A stretch of DNA of 64,000 nt from an uncultured virus (IMG/VR IMGVR_UViG_3300008111_000017). Lineage: Duplodnaviria; Heunggongvirae; Uroviricota; Caudoviricetes. Positions within the stretch are counted from its first letter, which is position 1, and each line of letters opens with the position of its first letter. Shown in pieces: positions 28,332 through 36,132 of this stretch. Location: the IMG/VR virus record IMGVR_UViG_3300008111_000017. The stretch is one strand, 5' to 3'. Under the pieces are notes generated by a model. It saw only the letters and a list, made by a program, of their open reading frames with translations. It had not been told where the DNA came from and did not search any database. The position numbers and the translations under genes were made by a program.

Positions 28332-28621
28332 GGCCTCACCCTACTCCAACGGGGCGGGCTAACAATTGGGTCTCCCGTCCCTCCCGTTTCCAAACCGTAA
28401 GCCTTACCATTCAAGCGCGCCCAACGGTAGCTCCCATCGCGCAAGCGCACCGGAAACGGCATTTGCGAGTCATTAAAAGCCTTTTGATCGGCCATCACTT
28501 GATCGGGTAGTGTGACTATCAAACTCCCCGTTAACCCCCACTGCGCCGCTAAATTCCGTTCAAACGTCCAGGCCAACGGGGTTTCAGCGGCTTGACGGGC
28601 CGTCATAAGTTTCTTTTTCAT
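28328..28621 (-). CDS. Hypothetical early protein
   Basis: ATGA coupling. Confidence 0.55.
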   Translation of the reverse strand: MKKKLMTARQAAETPLAWTFERNLAAQWGLTGSLIVTLPDQVMADQKAFNDSQMPFPVRLRDGSYRWARLNGKAYGLETGGTGDPIVSPPRWSRVRP

Positions 28622-28992
28622 ATCCCTAACTCCTTCAAGTGACGATCAAGCGCAGCTTCTAGCCCGTCCATGTCTTGATAGTTTGGATGCAGATTGTGCT
28701 TGCCGCCCATACCACAGTGCGTGTTCCAACCTTCACACTGGTTACGTGGTAACAGATACCCGTCAGGGTCTAACCACTCACGGCGCGTCAATTGCCGACA
28801 AGCAAGCCAGGATTGCCCGCGAAACTCCCGAGACTGCTCACTGTGACAGTGAAGGCGCAAGGTATACTTGCCAGTGTCCCACTCCCAAGAGGTGTCAAGG
28901 AAGCGTGTAGGTTCTATACCGGTGCGTGCACAGATCATGTCAAACGCCATTTTCTCAAACGTGCGTAGTTGTTTAAGTGTTGGTTTTTTCAT
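28618..28992 (-). CDS. Hypothetical early protein
   Basis: AGGT RBS; coupled ORF. Confidence 0.6.
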   Translation of the reverse strand: MKKPTLKQLRTFEKMAFDMICARTGIEPTRFLDTSWEWDTGKYTLRLHCHSEQSREFRGQSWLACRQLTRREWLDPDGYLLPRNQCEGWNTHCGMGGKHNLHPNYQDMDGLEAALDRHLKELGI

Positions 28993-29197
28993 GGCCAACC
29001 TACCTGAATTGCAGTGATTTCGTCTTCGTCTGATACCCAGAGCCCGCCGTCATCGGCTATCGCAGACCACCGATCCTCCTCATAATTCCATTTCCATGGG
29101 TTAGGGATAGGGTTATAAACCGCCGCGGGTGCACGCGCGTGGTCTAGTAATTCTTGCATGTTTTGCATTTCGATTCCCTCTCTTTCTGTGTTGATCT

Positions 29198-29248
29198 TAG
29201 CAACGTCCAGTCTATTGAGAAGCTATGTTTTCGCATAGCGGGCTATGT
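29198..29248 (-). promoter_or_regulatory. Early promoter repeat, copy 1 (diverged)
   Basis: CATAGC..GCTATG-N6-CATAGC TTCTCAA ... GCTAAGAT; similar to copies at 31065 and 32856. Confidence 0.55.
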
Positions 29249-29671
29249 GTTTTCAGGTAAGTCTGGCAAAACTTCGCCGTTCGGATAGGCTTGATCTATT
29301 GTGTCTTGCGTAACTGCCCGCACAATATGACCATCTGGCAAGCGCACGTCCAAGAAATGCAAGCCCGTTGAATCGCGTAGCCAATGGGTTATAGGCGCAG
29401 TGTGGTTCGGCGGTAACTCGCAGTCGTAAAACTGTTCTACGCCTTTGTGTGGATCGTAATGCCGCGGCGCGGGTTTACCTATCACTGAAAACCGTTTTAC
29501 GATCTCTTGCGATTGGCTATGAATAGGTTTTGGGTCGGTGTCTTTGACATAGACAAGCCGTGCATGGCCTAAATGGTTCTTCCCCGCGTAAGCTGTCCAA
29601 CCACCAGGGCAAGCGTGCTGATAGACGCCCCCGAGCGGTGTTGCTTGTTTAATTGTTTCTTCAAGTGTCAT
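29243..29671 (-). CDS. Hypothetical early protein
   Basis: AAGGAG RBS before ATG 29671. Confidence 0.65.
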   Translation of the reverse strand: MTLEETIKQATPLGGVYQHACPGGWTAYAGKNHLGHARLVYVKDTDPKPIHSQSQEIVKRFSVIGKPAPRHYDPHKGVEQFYDCELPPNHTAPITHWLRDSTGLHFLDVRLPDGHIVRAVTQDTIDQAYPNGEVLPDLPENT

Positions 29672-29686
29672 TGTTCTTTTCTCCTT

Positions 29687-29744
29687 CTCTAAGAGCATAA
29701 GCCCGCGCCATGATCTGACACACCGCGGGCTTAAATTGTTAGAG
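29687..29744 (-). other. Long intergenic hairpin with conserved internal loop (RNase III-site-like), copy 1
   Basis: CUCUAACA-AUU-UAAGCCCGCG...CGCGGGCUUA-UGC-UCUUAGAG. Confidence 0.65.
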
Positions 29745-29984
29745 TTCGGTTTCGTCATCCTCCCCAATTACAGCCATATCAGCTTCGATCTTTGCCATTT
29801 CCGCAAAGAACGGGGCGCGGCTTTCTACCCAATCAACCGCCGCCGTGTATTTATCCACTTCGACAATTTGCTTAGCCAGTTTCAGGATAATTGCCCCGCG
29901 CAATTCTTCCAGATGCTTCCGCGCTCCTGCAAGGGTCATGTGTTGGGCGTCGTCAAAGGTTACCCAGATAGAGCACTGTCTCAT
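29739..29984 (-). CDS. Hypothetical early protein
   Basis: GGTG RBS before ATG 29984. Confidence 0.55.
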   Translation of the reverse strand: MRQCSIWVTFDDAQHMTLAGARKHLEELRGAIILKLAKQIVEVDKYTAAVDWVESRAPFFAEMAKIEADMAVIGEDDETEL

Positions 29985-29985
29985 A

Positions 29986-30381
29986 TCACCACCCCGCAAT
30001 GCGTTCGCTGTAGCCGTTATAACCAAGGGCTTCTAAGACGATCAAAGCGCCTCTAGGATCACCTTGAAAGCTAACAGATACTAGATGATCCTTGCCGGCA
30101 AATAGGGCGAAAATCGCAGCACGCACGCGGGCTTCTGCCTTAGCGTCTGACTTATCGGCCTTAGCCTCGTCCTCATCAGTCCAAGAGGCAAGCCGCATTT
30201 GTGCTTTGCTATCCCAGCGCTCGATACCATTGCAGCGATTAATCGCGTTACGGTCAAGGATACGGTGAGACAAGCGAATCTCTCTGGCAATTGCCGCCAT
30301 AGAGTCCCAGCCAGTAGGCAGGTCAAAGCGCTCTGCGATCTGATAGAGCGTTTTCATTACATCGTGTTGCTTATAGGTCAT
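29986..30381 (-). CDS. Conserved phage hypothetical early protein
   Basis: GAGGAG RBS; CNG...FQGDPRG motif. Confidence 0.65.
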   Translation of the reverse strand: MTYKQHDVMKTLYQIAERFDLPTGWDSMAAIAREIRLSHRILDRNAINRCNGIERWDSKAQMRLASWTDEDEAKADKSDAKAEARVRAAIFALFAGKDHLVSVSFQGDPRGALIVLEALGYNGYSERIAGW

Positions 30382-30410
30382 GTCTGTTTTCTCCTCTTTA
30401 GTCTCAAAAA

Positions 30411-30464
30411 CGTTTGAGCATATGACCGCCCGCAAACATGGCTAAGCGGTCATAAATTCAAACG
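30411..30464 (-). other. Long intergenic hairpin, copy 2
   Basis: CGUUUGA-AUU-UAUGACCGC...GCGGUCAUA-UGC-UCAAACG. Confidence 0.7.
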
Positions 30465-30661
30465 ATCTGCCAATGGCCGCACGTGTTGCCGTTGATGTCT
30501 CTGATTCTTGTGCGAGTAGTGCCAATCAAGCCGCCTTCATCTGCGACACGATTAGCGACTTGGTGCAGAAGGTTTGCGATTGACCGCACGTCAAGGTCAG
30601 TCTCCGAATCTTTATAGAAAAAAGCCGCGTTGTCTAAGTCGATTTCTAGTGTGAATTTCAT
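30458..30661 (-). CDS. Conserved phage hypothetical early protein
   Basis: IDLDNAAF...RDINGNTCGHW; AGGAG RBS. Confidence 0.7.
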   Translation of the reverse strand: MKFTLEIDLDNAAFFYKDSETDLDVRSIANLLHQVANRVADEGGLIGTTRTRIRDINGNTCGHWQIV

Positions 30662-30802
30662 TTGTTTAACTCCTGCGCCATGATCTCAGCGGCGCGCTTG
30701 CCTGTTTTGGTTGGAAAGTACCAAGTGCGAGACTGTGAACAGAAAACTGCCCAACGTCTTGGCCCTTGGCCGCGATAGATACCCGCTGAATAAGCCATTA
30801 GA

Positions 30803-31036
30803 TTAACCTTTCATCTCTACACGCCAAAAGCCTTTACGGGGCAAGGCGACAAACGCGCTAAAGTCTTTTGCTTTAAGAGCGTCGTTGTACCGGCGTATAG
30901 TCGCCAAATCGCGTCCAAAGTGTACGCCTTGCCAGTCCTTTTGCATGGATACACTAAAGAGCCATAAGTGTTGGATAGCTTGCTCGGGCGTTGTATATAC
31001 CCGAGAGCGTTCATGTGGTTTAATGTTTACATGCAT
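30803..31036 (-). CDS. Hypothetical early protein
   Basis: AAGGG RBS directly after promoter copy 2. Confidence 0.6.
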   Translation of the reverse strand: MHVNIKPHERSRVYTTPEQAIQHLWLFSVSMQKDWQGVHFGRDLATIRRYNDALKAKDFSAFVALPRKGFWRVEMKG

Positions 31037-31064
31037 TGCGATTCCCTTTCATCTTGTTGAGAGA

Positions 31065-31117
31065 ATAGCGGCGCTTTCTGGTTTGAGAAGCCACAAAAGC
31101 GCCATAGCAGCTATGCA
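31065..31117 (-). promoter_or_regulatory. Early promoter repeat, copy 2
   Basis: TGCATAGCTGCTATGGCGCTTTTGTGGCTTCTCAAACCAGAAAGCGCCGCTAT. Confidence 0.7.
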
Positions 31118-31311
31118 TAGACGCAATGGCTATGCAGCCAACGTCCACGATCAGAGCGACGCACAGTAAAGCAATCTTTTCTGATTGCCTGGCTTGCCAA
31201 GGCTTCATAGGTTTTACGTGATACCCGAGCGCCGTCTATATAATAGAGTGTTACGGGCTTTCGTTGGTTTTGTGGGCTTGGATCAGAGCGCGTTAGAGTA
31301 TAGCTTTTCAT
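31111..31311 (-). CDS. Hypothetical early protein
   Basis: ATGA coupling; YYIDGARVSRKTY. Confidence 0.6.
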   Translation of the reverse strand: MKSYTLTRSDPSPQNQRKPVTLYYIDGARVSRKTYEALASQAIRKDCFTVRRSDRGRWLHSHCVYA

Positions 31312-31532
31312 AGCCCTACCCCCGCTTCATAGCCCATATCGTAAGCGCTATGGCCGGTGAGATACAAATCTGTGCGGCCTTCCCTCGCATGGCGAAAAGC
31401 GTTTGACCACGTAGGAAATTGATACTCGAATAAGCCAGTATGTTTAAAGGCTTCCTGAATCTCTGTATCAAGCGCGCTTCTATTGCCTTGCGCAGTACTC
31501 CAATCGCATTGGCTTGGTAGGTCATATGGCAT
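31308..31532 (-). CDS. Hypothetical early protein
   Basis: GAGGAG RBS before ATG 31532. Confidence 0.6.
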   Translation of the reverse strand: MPYDLPSQCDWSTAQGNRSALDTEIQEAFKHTGLFEYQFPTWSNAFRHAREGRTDLYLTGHSAYDMGYEAGVGL

Positions 31533-31550
31533 GTTATCGACTCCTCTTTG

Positions 31551-31611
31551 CTTGTTTAGTCGCAATGCGCCTAGCCGCTTTAGGCTAACTAGGCGCACAT
31601 GATTAACCAAG
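31551..31611 (-). other. Long intergenic hairpin, copy 3
   Basis: CUUGGUUAAUC-AUG-UGCGCCUAG...CUAGGCGCA-UUGC-GACUAAACAAG. Confidence 0.6.
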
Positions 31612-31679
31612 ATACCAAATCATCAGGAAAATGCAGATGATGACAATGGCCGCGCATAGGTCTCTAAGTGTATTGTGTG

Positions 31680-31976
31680 TCATGCGTAATTCTCCACAAA
31701 GTTTAAGACGTCTTGCCAGTCGTCGGTGTATAAGACTGTGATCGCGTCGCCTTCGCCATCTGTGCTAAAGTCAATCACACTAAAGCGCTTGTGGGCTAGC
31801 TCGGGAATATCTCTATCGGATTGATTGAGATAGTCGATATAGACGTCAAGGCCATTAGGAGCCATGAATTTAGGGCAACAGTCATTTTTCCATGACTCAT
31901 CGCGCCATGTCTCAGGGATACTTGGCAGTGTGGCCAAGTCATAATCAGGGAAGGCTTTTGCTAAACGTTCGAACAT
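31680..31976 (-). CDS. Conserved phage hypothetical early protein
   Basis: WRDESWKNDCCPKF motif; GGGAG RBS. Confidence 0.7.
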   Translation of the reverse strand: MFERLAKAFPDYDLATLPSIPETWRDESWKNDCCPKFMAPNGLDVYIDYLNQSDRDIPELAHKRFSVIDFSTDGEGDAITVLYTDDWQDVLNFVENYA

Positions 31977-32338
31977 TAGTTTGACTCCCGCACATAAAGC
32001 ACACAGTCTTCTGTTTCGTCTATCATAAGGCCATCGGGCAACATGCGCGACAAAACATGATCAATCATTTCGTTTATGAGTCCCGCTTGACACGCTTCGA
32101 AGTCAACCATGTCACCATAGTCATAAGATTCCATCCATGCTTCAGGGCCAAGCTCGACTAGGCTTTGAGCTTCAAGGATAGCGCTTGGCGTTGTCTCCAC
32201 TTGGCCTTGCTCGAATAGGTCTAGCAAGTGCTTAACCATAACGACGGGCTCATTGTATTGGCCAAGTGAGTTATCCATTAAGATGTCACCCGCTTGGACT
32301 GGCAAGCGTTGCAAGACTCTATTTGTTCCAATGATCAT
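31976..32338 (-). CDS. Acidic hypothetical early protein
   Basis: AAGGA RBS; D/E-rich. Confidence 0.65.
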   Translation of the reverse strand: MIIGTNRVLQRLPVQAGDILMDNSLGQYNEPVVMVKHLLDLFEQGQVETTPSAILEAQSLVELGPEAWMESYDYGDMVDFEACQAGLINEMIDHVLSRMLPDGLMIDETEDCVLYVRESN

Positions 32339-32366
32339 GGCATTTCATCCTTGTGTGTAATCTCTC

Positions 32367-32423
32367 GCACGTGAGAGCATTAGACCATGCCAAAGTCTAG
32401 CATGGTCTAAGATTCTAACGTGC
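32367..32423 (-). other. Long intergenic hairpin, copy 4
   Basis: GCACGUUAGA-AUC-UUAGACCAUGC...GCAUGGUCUAA-UGC-UCUCACGUGC. Confidence 0.7.
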
Positions 32424-32815
32424 TATGCCGCGTCAGCTTCGGGGTCACCATATGCCGACTCAATCAATTGGCCCGTTAATTCGCAAACCAGAGGCGAACC
32501 TTCCCAATAGATATCGCACCCGACGACAATCCAGTCACGATCTCCATCTAGCATGCCGCGCACCACTTGCCGCCAATTGGCTTTAACGCCATCGAACGAT
32601 ACGGGTACCCAATCACGGCCTATGTAAAGCACTAAAGGATAGCCGCCCAAGTCGGTAAGGGAGCCATTGCGCATAGTAGCCTTCAATTCGGCCAAGGTGT
32701 TAATGTTGCGGAACGTGCGACGAAACGTTTTGCGCAATGGTGGCAAGCTAGACCAATTGGCTTGACGTGTATCGTAGAGCGCGCCGTCAGTGTCTGATGT
32801 GAATAGGTGAGTCAT
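32423..32815 (-). CDS. First early gene, conserved phage hypothetical protein
   Basis: GGYPL...YWEG...C...IESAYG; GGAG RBS. Confidence 0.7.
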   Translation of the reverse strand: MTHLFTSDTDGALYDTRQANWSSLPPLRKTFRRTFRNINTLAELKATMRNGSLTDLGGYPLVLYIGRDWVPVSFDGVKANWRQVVRGMLDGDRDWIVVGCDIYWEGSPLVCELTGQLIESAYGDPEADAA

Positions 32816-32855
32816 GGGTTTAATCTCCGGTGTTTGTGTTTCCGATGTCCAGAAC

Positions 32856-32908
32856 ATAGCGGCGCTTTCAGGATTGAGAAGCCACGTTTACGCCGTGGCA
32901 GCTATGCA
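32856..32908 (-). promoter_or_regulatory. Early promoter repeat, copy 3
   Basis: TGCATAGCTGCCACGGCGTAAACGTGGCTTCTCAATCCTGAAAGCGCCGCTAT. Confidence 0.7.
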
Positions 32909-33513
32909 ATAACTGACGGGTACGACAGCTCGCCGTGGTTTATGCAAGCCAGGGTCGGCATAAACGCATAGCTTAGGCTCTATAGGTATAAAGTGATTAA
33001 AGGGGAGGGGGAGGGTTAGTCGGTATAGCATGGCGTTAGGTGGTGAGTGCTGATGTGTATGTCATGGCGCAACGCTAGCCCTCGACCGCTTCGCTCTATC
33101 CTATCCCAGCCGATACCCTGGCTTATGACTGGCAAGGCTGATCACAGGCTAATCGCATAATACGTGTTATGGGACTCTTTGCCCTATATGGGGCAGTTAC
33201 TAAGGGTAACATAAGGCCATCGGCTCGACCCCCACCCATCGGGCCAGGAGGGTAATCGCCGGCGTTTCCGCGCATTCCCGTATATGAGAAAATCGACGTT
33301 TTCTGATCATCCAGAATCAAAAATAAAATTATAAAAAATCTTATCGGCATTCTGGAGTAATTGCCGATACGCACTCACCGCTTATCCCGCTATCAACATA
33401 AAAGGCTTTTATCCTCTTTAAGGTATACGCACGTACAGCAATCTATTATGCCCATGGCTTCACAGTTTATCAGCACATCTGCTGTTACAGAGATAAGGCT
33501 TCTTAAGCTCGAC

Positions 33514-33558
33514 TACATATATGTGAACAAACTACTCGGCTTTGACCACATATATGTG
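33514..33558. repeat. Two copies of the palindrome (C/T)ACATATATGTG
   Basis: At 33514-33525 and 33547-33558. Confidence 0.7.
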
Positions 33559-33614
33559 ATTAGGCTTTTTACAGATAAGCCAGGGTTTACGTAGTCTGGC
33601 AAAATAGCTGTATC

Positions 33615-33961
33615 TGCGTATAGGCCATTGGCAAAAAATTATATGAAAATTTTAATGCTAAAATAGCTATACGAAGTAACGGCTGTTAGTCTGCATCACG
33701 ATAAAAATTTAAACGATTTTCCAAAATCAGTAAATCTTATTTATGCTACTCTAAACCATGTTCAAGATAAAGTCTTTGGCTGATAAGCCAAAGACAATTT
33801 CACATATCTTCTTTGGAAAAACGATTGTTTTTCCAAGAGATACTTTGCCCTTATAAGGGTGTGAAATTTCTTGAACATGGTAGAGTTTAGCATTAAAAAA
33901 GATAACTGTCAACGCGCGCGAGAGTTTTATTCAGTATTTTTATGCTACTGGCCTATACGCA
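33615..33961. repeat. Nested, multi-branched inverted-repeat element in the AT-rich strand-switch region
   Basis: Outer IR TGCGTATAGGCCA (33615/33949); inner stem CCATGTTCAAGA (33756/33869); three internal hairpins. Confidence 0.85.
33884..33912 (-). promoter_or_regulatory. Sigma70-type leftward promoter
   Basis: TTGACA-N17-TAAACT. Confidence 0.65.
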
Positions 33962-33970
33962 TTTAAGCCG

Positions 33971-33999
33971 TTGACATAAGCGCCTTTTAGCTTTAGGCT
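33971..33999 (+). promoter_or_regulatory. Sigma70-type rightward promoter
   Basis: TTGACA-N17-TAGGCT, then AAGGA RBS for 34027. Confidence 0.7.
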
Positions 34000-34026
34000 T
34001 AGCTTACGTTAGAGAAAGGAAGCCGC

Positions 34027-34560
34027 ATGGCCCGCTACATTCACGGTAAAACCACGTTGGCCTTTACAGCCGAACAGAAGATTAAATTAGAGGCCGCAGC
34101 CGCGGTCGCAGCAAACACCCGGTTATGGACACTGGTGCAATTAAAAACCGGAGCAGAACCTTCAGACGCCAGTATGATCCGGCAGTTTAAAGAAAGCTCC
34201 CCGTTTCACGTAGACGCAGATATGCCCGAGTTTGTGTGGCGGCAGGCAATACGGACCGCAAATCGAGACTGGCGTTTATGGAAACAGGATAAGGCCAATA
34301 CGCCAACCGCTTATGGCGTTAAAGGTTCTTTTCCTTTTCGTATATGGGAGCGCGTTTCTGGAACATCGACCCCGCGTTCCATTAAGTCCGAGTGGCTCGG
34401 AGAAGTTTCAAACTTTGGCGGGACTCCTTTTGGCCCGTACCTGCATTGCGTAAATGCCAAGCGCACCGCTACCGGATGGTCGGTAACTTTTTCCTCCAAA
34501 GTGGAAACGGAAGCCAAAGATACGATCGCCATACCCGATACCTTTGAACCGATAGCATAG
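34027..34560 (+). CDS. TnpB-like N-terminal (WED/REC) protein lacking the RuvC domain
   Basis: Colinear resemblance by eye to TnpB blocks: KTTLAFTAEQ, RLWTL, MPEFVWRQAIR, KANTP..GSF, IKSEWLGEV, KRTATGWSVTFSSKVE; ends before RuvC-I. Confidence 0.55.
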   Translation: MARYIHGKTTLAFTAEQKIKLEAAAAVAANTRLWTLVQLKTGAEPSDASMIRQFKESSPFHVDADMPEFVWRQAIRTANRDWRLWKQDKANTPTAYGVKGSFPFRIWERVSGTSTPRSIKSEWLGEVSNFGGTPFGPYLHCVNAKRTATGWSVTFSSKVETEAKDTIAIPDTFEPIA

Positions 34561-34568
34561 GAGTTCAC

Positions 34569-35381
34569 ATGCCTTACCTACTCTACGACATCGTTAACGG
34601 ACTTCCAGAAATCTTTGCCGATACAAACGTAGCCCCTGTTATGGTGCTGATCTCGCAAGAAGATGCAGATGCCGGCAAGATAGATGACCGTTTCTTACGA
34701 GAACCTATCGGTCAGAACTTCCAAGGCTCCACCGCACCGTGGCATTACATGATGTCTATATCCGAGTTTTTCGGAACAGAAGGTTCTGCTAAACTGACGT
34801 GCGTGTCTAAAGACATCTTTAAAACCCTTTGGCAAAAATGCCCCGACAAGCGCCATTCGCTGTATGGCGGAGAAGCCAAGAAAGAACAGAAAGACTTGCG
34901 GCCTCGCAACAAGAAAAGCGCCCCTGTCTCGGAAGACCTTCCTAAAGACACTGATGATTCTTTAGGTGGCCCGAACTACACAGAAGAAGTGTTTTCGCGT
35001 CGCAAAGATGCTGTCGCAGAGCTACTGCTTAAAGTCGCGGCACGCCTCGGCAACACCATAGGCTGGCAGTACCACAAATACACAAACACCGTTTTGACCG
35101 AAGATGATGTTCAAGGCTTTATAGCAGGTGAACCCAAGACTCAGTTGTTAGTAGATTACGGGCAAGACAAAGACGGTAAGTTTAAATCGAGATACGTCAG
35201 CGGATACGCGGCTATCAAAGAGAAATTAGACGCAGCTTTTACCGACGATCCCAACATAAATGGGTCGGAGTTCTATACAGATTTAACAGACTTTGCGTGG
35301 GTTTACGACGCAGAGAATAAAACCTACACTCGCGTCGAAACTGAATCCGAACGCAAAAACAGGGAGAAGACTAATGGCTAA
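34569..35381 (+). CDS. Hypothetical protein
   Basis: AGGAG RBS; 270 aa; no family recognised. Confidence 0.75.
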   Translation: MPYLLYDIVNGLPEIFADTNVAPVMVLISQEDADAGKIDDRFLREPIGQNFQGSTAPWHYMMSISEFFGTEGSAKLTCVSKDIFKTLWQKCPDKRHSLYGGEAKKEQKDLRPRNKKSAPVSEDLPKDTDDSLGGPNYTEEVFSRRKDAVAELLLKVAARLGNTIGWQYHKYTNTVLTEDDVQGFIAGEPKTQLLVDYGQDKDGKFKSRYVSGYAAIKEKLDAAFTDDPNINGSEFYTDLTDFAWVYDAENKTYTRVETESERKNREKTNG

Positions 35382-35535
35382 AATACGCGGTATGGATTCT
35401 AAGTCATCGGTTAAAGATCAACCAACCCAGTTCAGCAGAGCTTTTAGGCTCCAGCAAGAACGCGACGCTTTAGCTAACCGTGTCCGAGAAATCGACGCAG
35501 AGATTATGCGAATGGCTAAACCCAATGCTCATTGA
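35374..35535 (+). CDS. Small hypothetical protein
   Basis: GGGAG RBS; overlaps both neighbours. Confidence 0.5.
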   Translation: MAKIRGMDSKSSVKDQPTQFSRAFRLQQERDALANRVREIDAEIMRMAKPNAH

Positions 35536-35701
35536 TAAACCCTTCGCCCCGTTAAAAGTCGGAGACGTCATTATGTACCCGATGACGATCGCTGAAGATC
35601 ACGGAGATTTCTTCTTCGTGAAATATCAAGTCGGAAAAACGTGGGCGTATTTTAAGGTCTCTCGTGAACTGGCCGAAACCCTACCATACCATCCGTCTTG
35701 A
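35525..35701 (+). CDS. Small hypothetical protein
   Basis: ATG 35525 (MLIDKPFAPLKVGD). Confidence 0.45.
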   Translation: MLIDKPFAPLKVGDVIMYPMTIAEDHGDFFFVKYQVGKTWAYFKVSRELAETLPYHPS

Positions 35702-35754
35702 CTTCAGTGGCAGAAATACAACATAATCCTCACAGCTAACCCTGTGAGGATTTT

Positions 35755-36132
35755 GTGTCTGCCTATATTGAAAATAAAGTTGAAGAAGTCATTGAGCAAC
35801 TAGAGCGGCGGGGATATTGGAGCCTTGTACAGCGAGACTCCAGCCAATGGGGCTCTGTCTATATCCTTCTGTGCCTACCGCCGATCTCAATGTATGCCGC
35901 ACCACGTAAAACCTCTTACGTGATCCGTGTATCAGACCACCCACCACGACCCGATAAACTCGTCCATATCACAGCTTCAGTCCATCCAGGTTCTGATGAT
36001 GTCAGTAAAGCGTGGCGACAAACAAAAGCCATAATCGAAAAAGACATGGCGGCACAGAAACAAGAAGCAATCCGTAAAGCCGAGAATGAAGCGATGTACT
36101 ACCAGTACAAGACGCTACGGAAGAAACGATAG
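35755..36132 (+). CDS. Hypothetical protein (IRVSDH motif)
   Basis: GAGGA RBS; TTGACT promoter-like sequence at 35699; abuts TerL. Confidence 0.65.
   Translation: MSAYIENKVEEVIEQLERRGYWSLVQRDSSQWGSVYILLCLPPISMYAAPRKTSYVIRVSDHPPRPDKLVHITASVHPGSDDVSKAWRQTKAIIEKDMAAQKQEAIRKAENEAMYYQYKTLRKKR

Noticed and set aside
33123..33594. ORFs 33123-33374 (-) and 33361-33594 (+)
   Set aside because: No clear RBS, atypical composition, inside the regulatory/terminal region
33900..35400. Intact IS200/IS605 or IS607 element
   Set aside because: No tnpA, no RuvC or zinc-finger half and no recognisable IS ends
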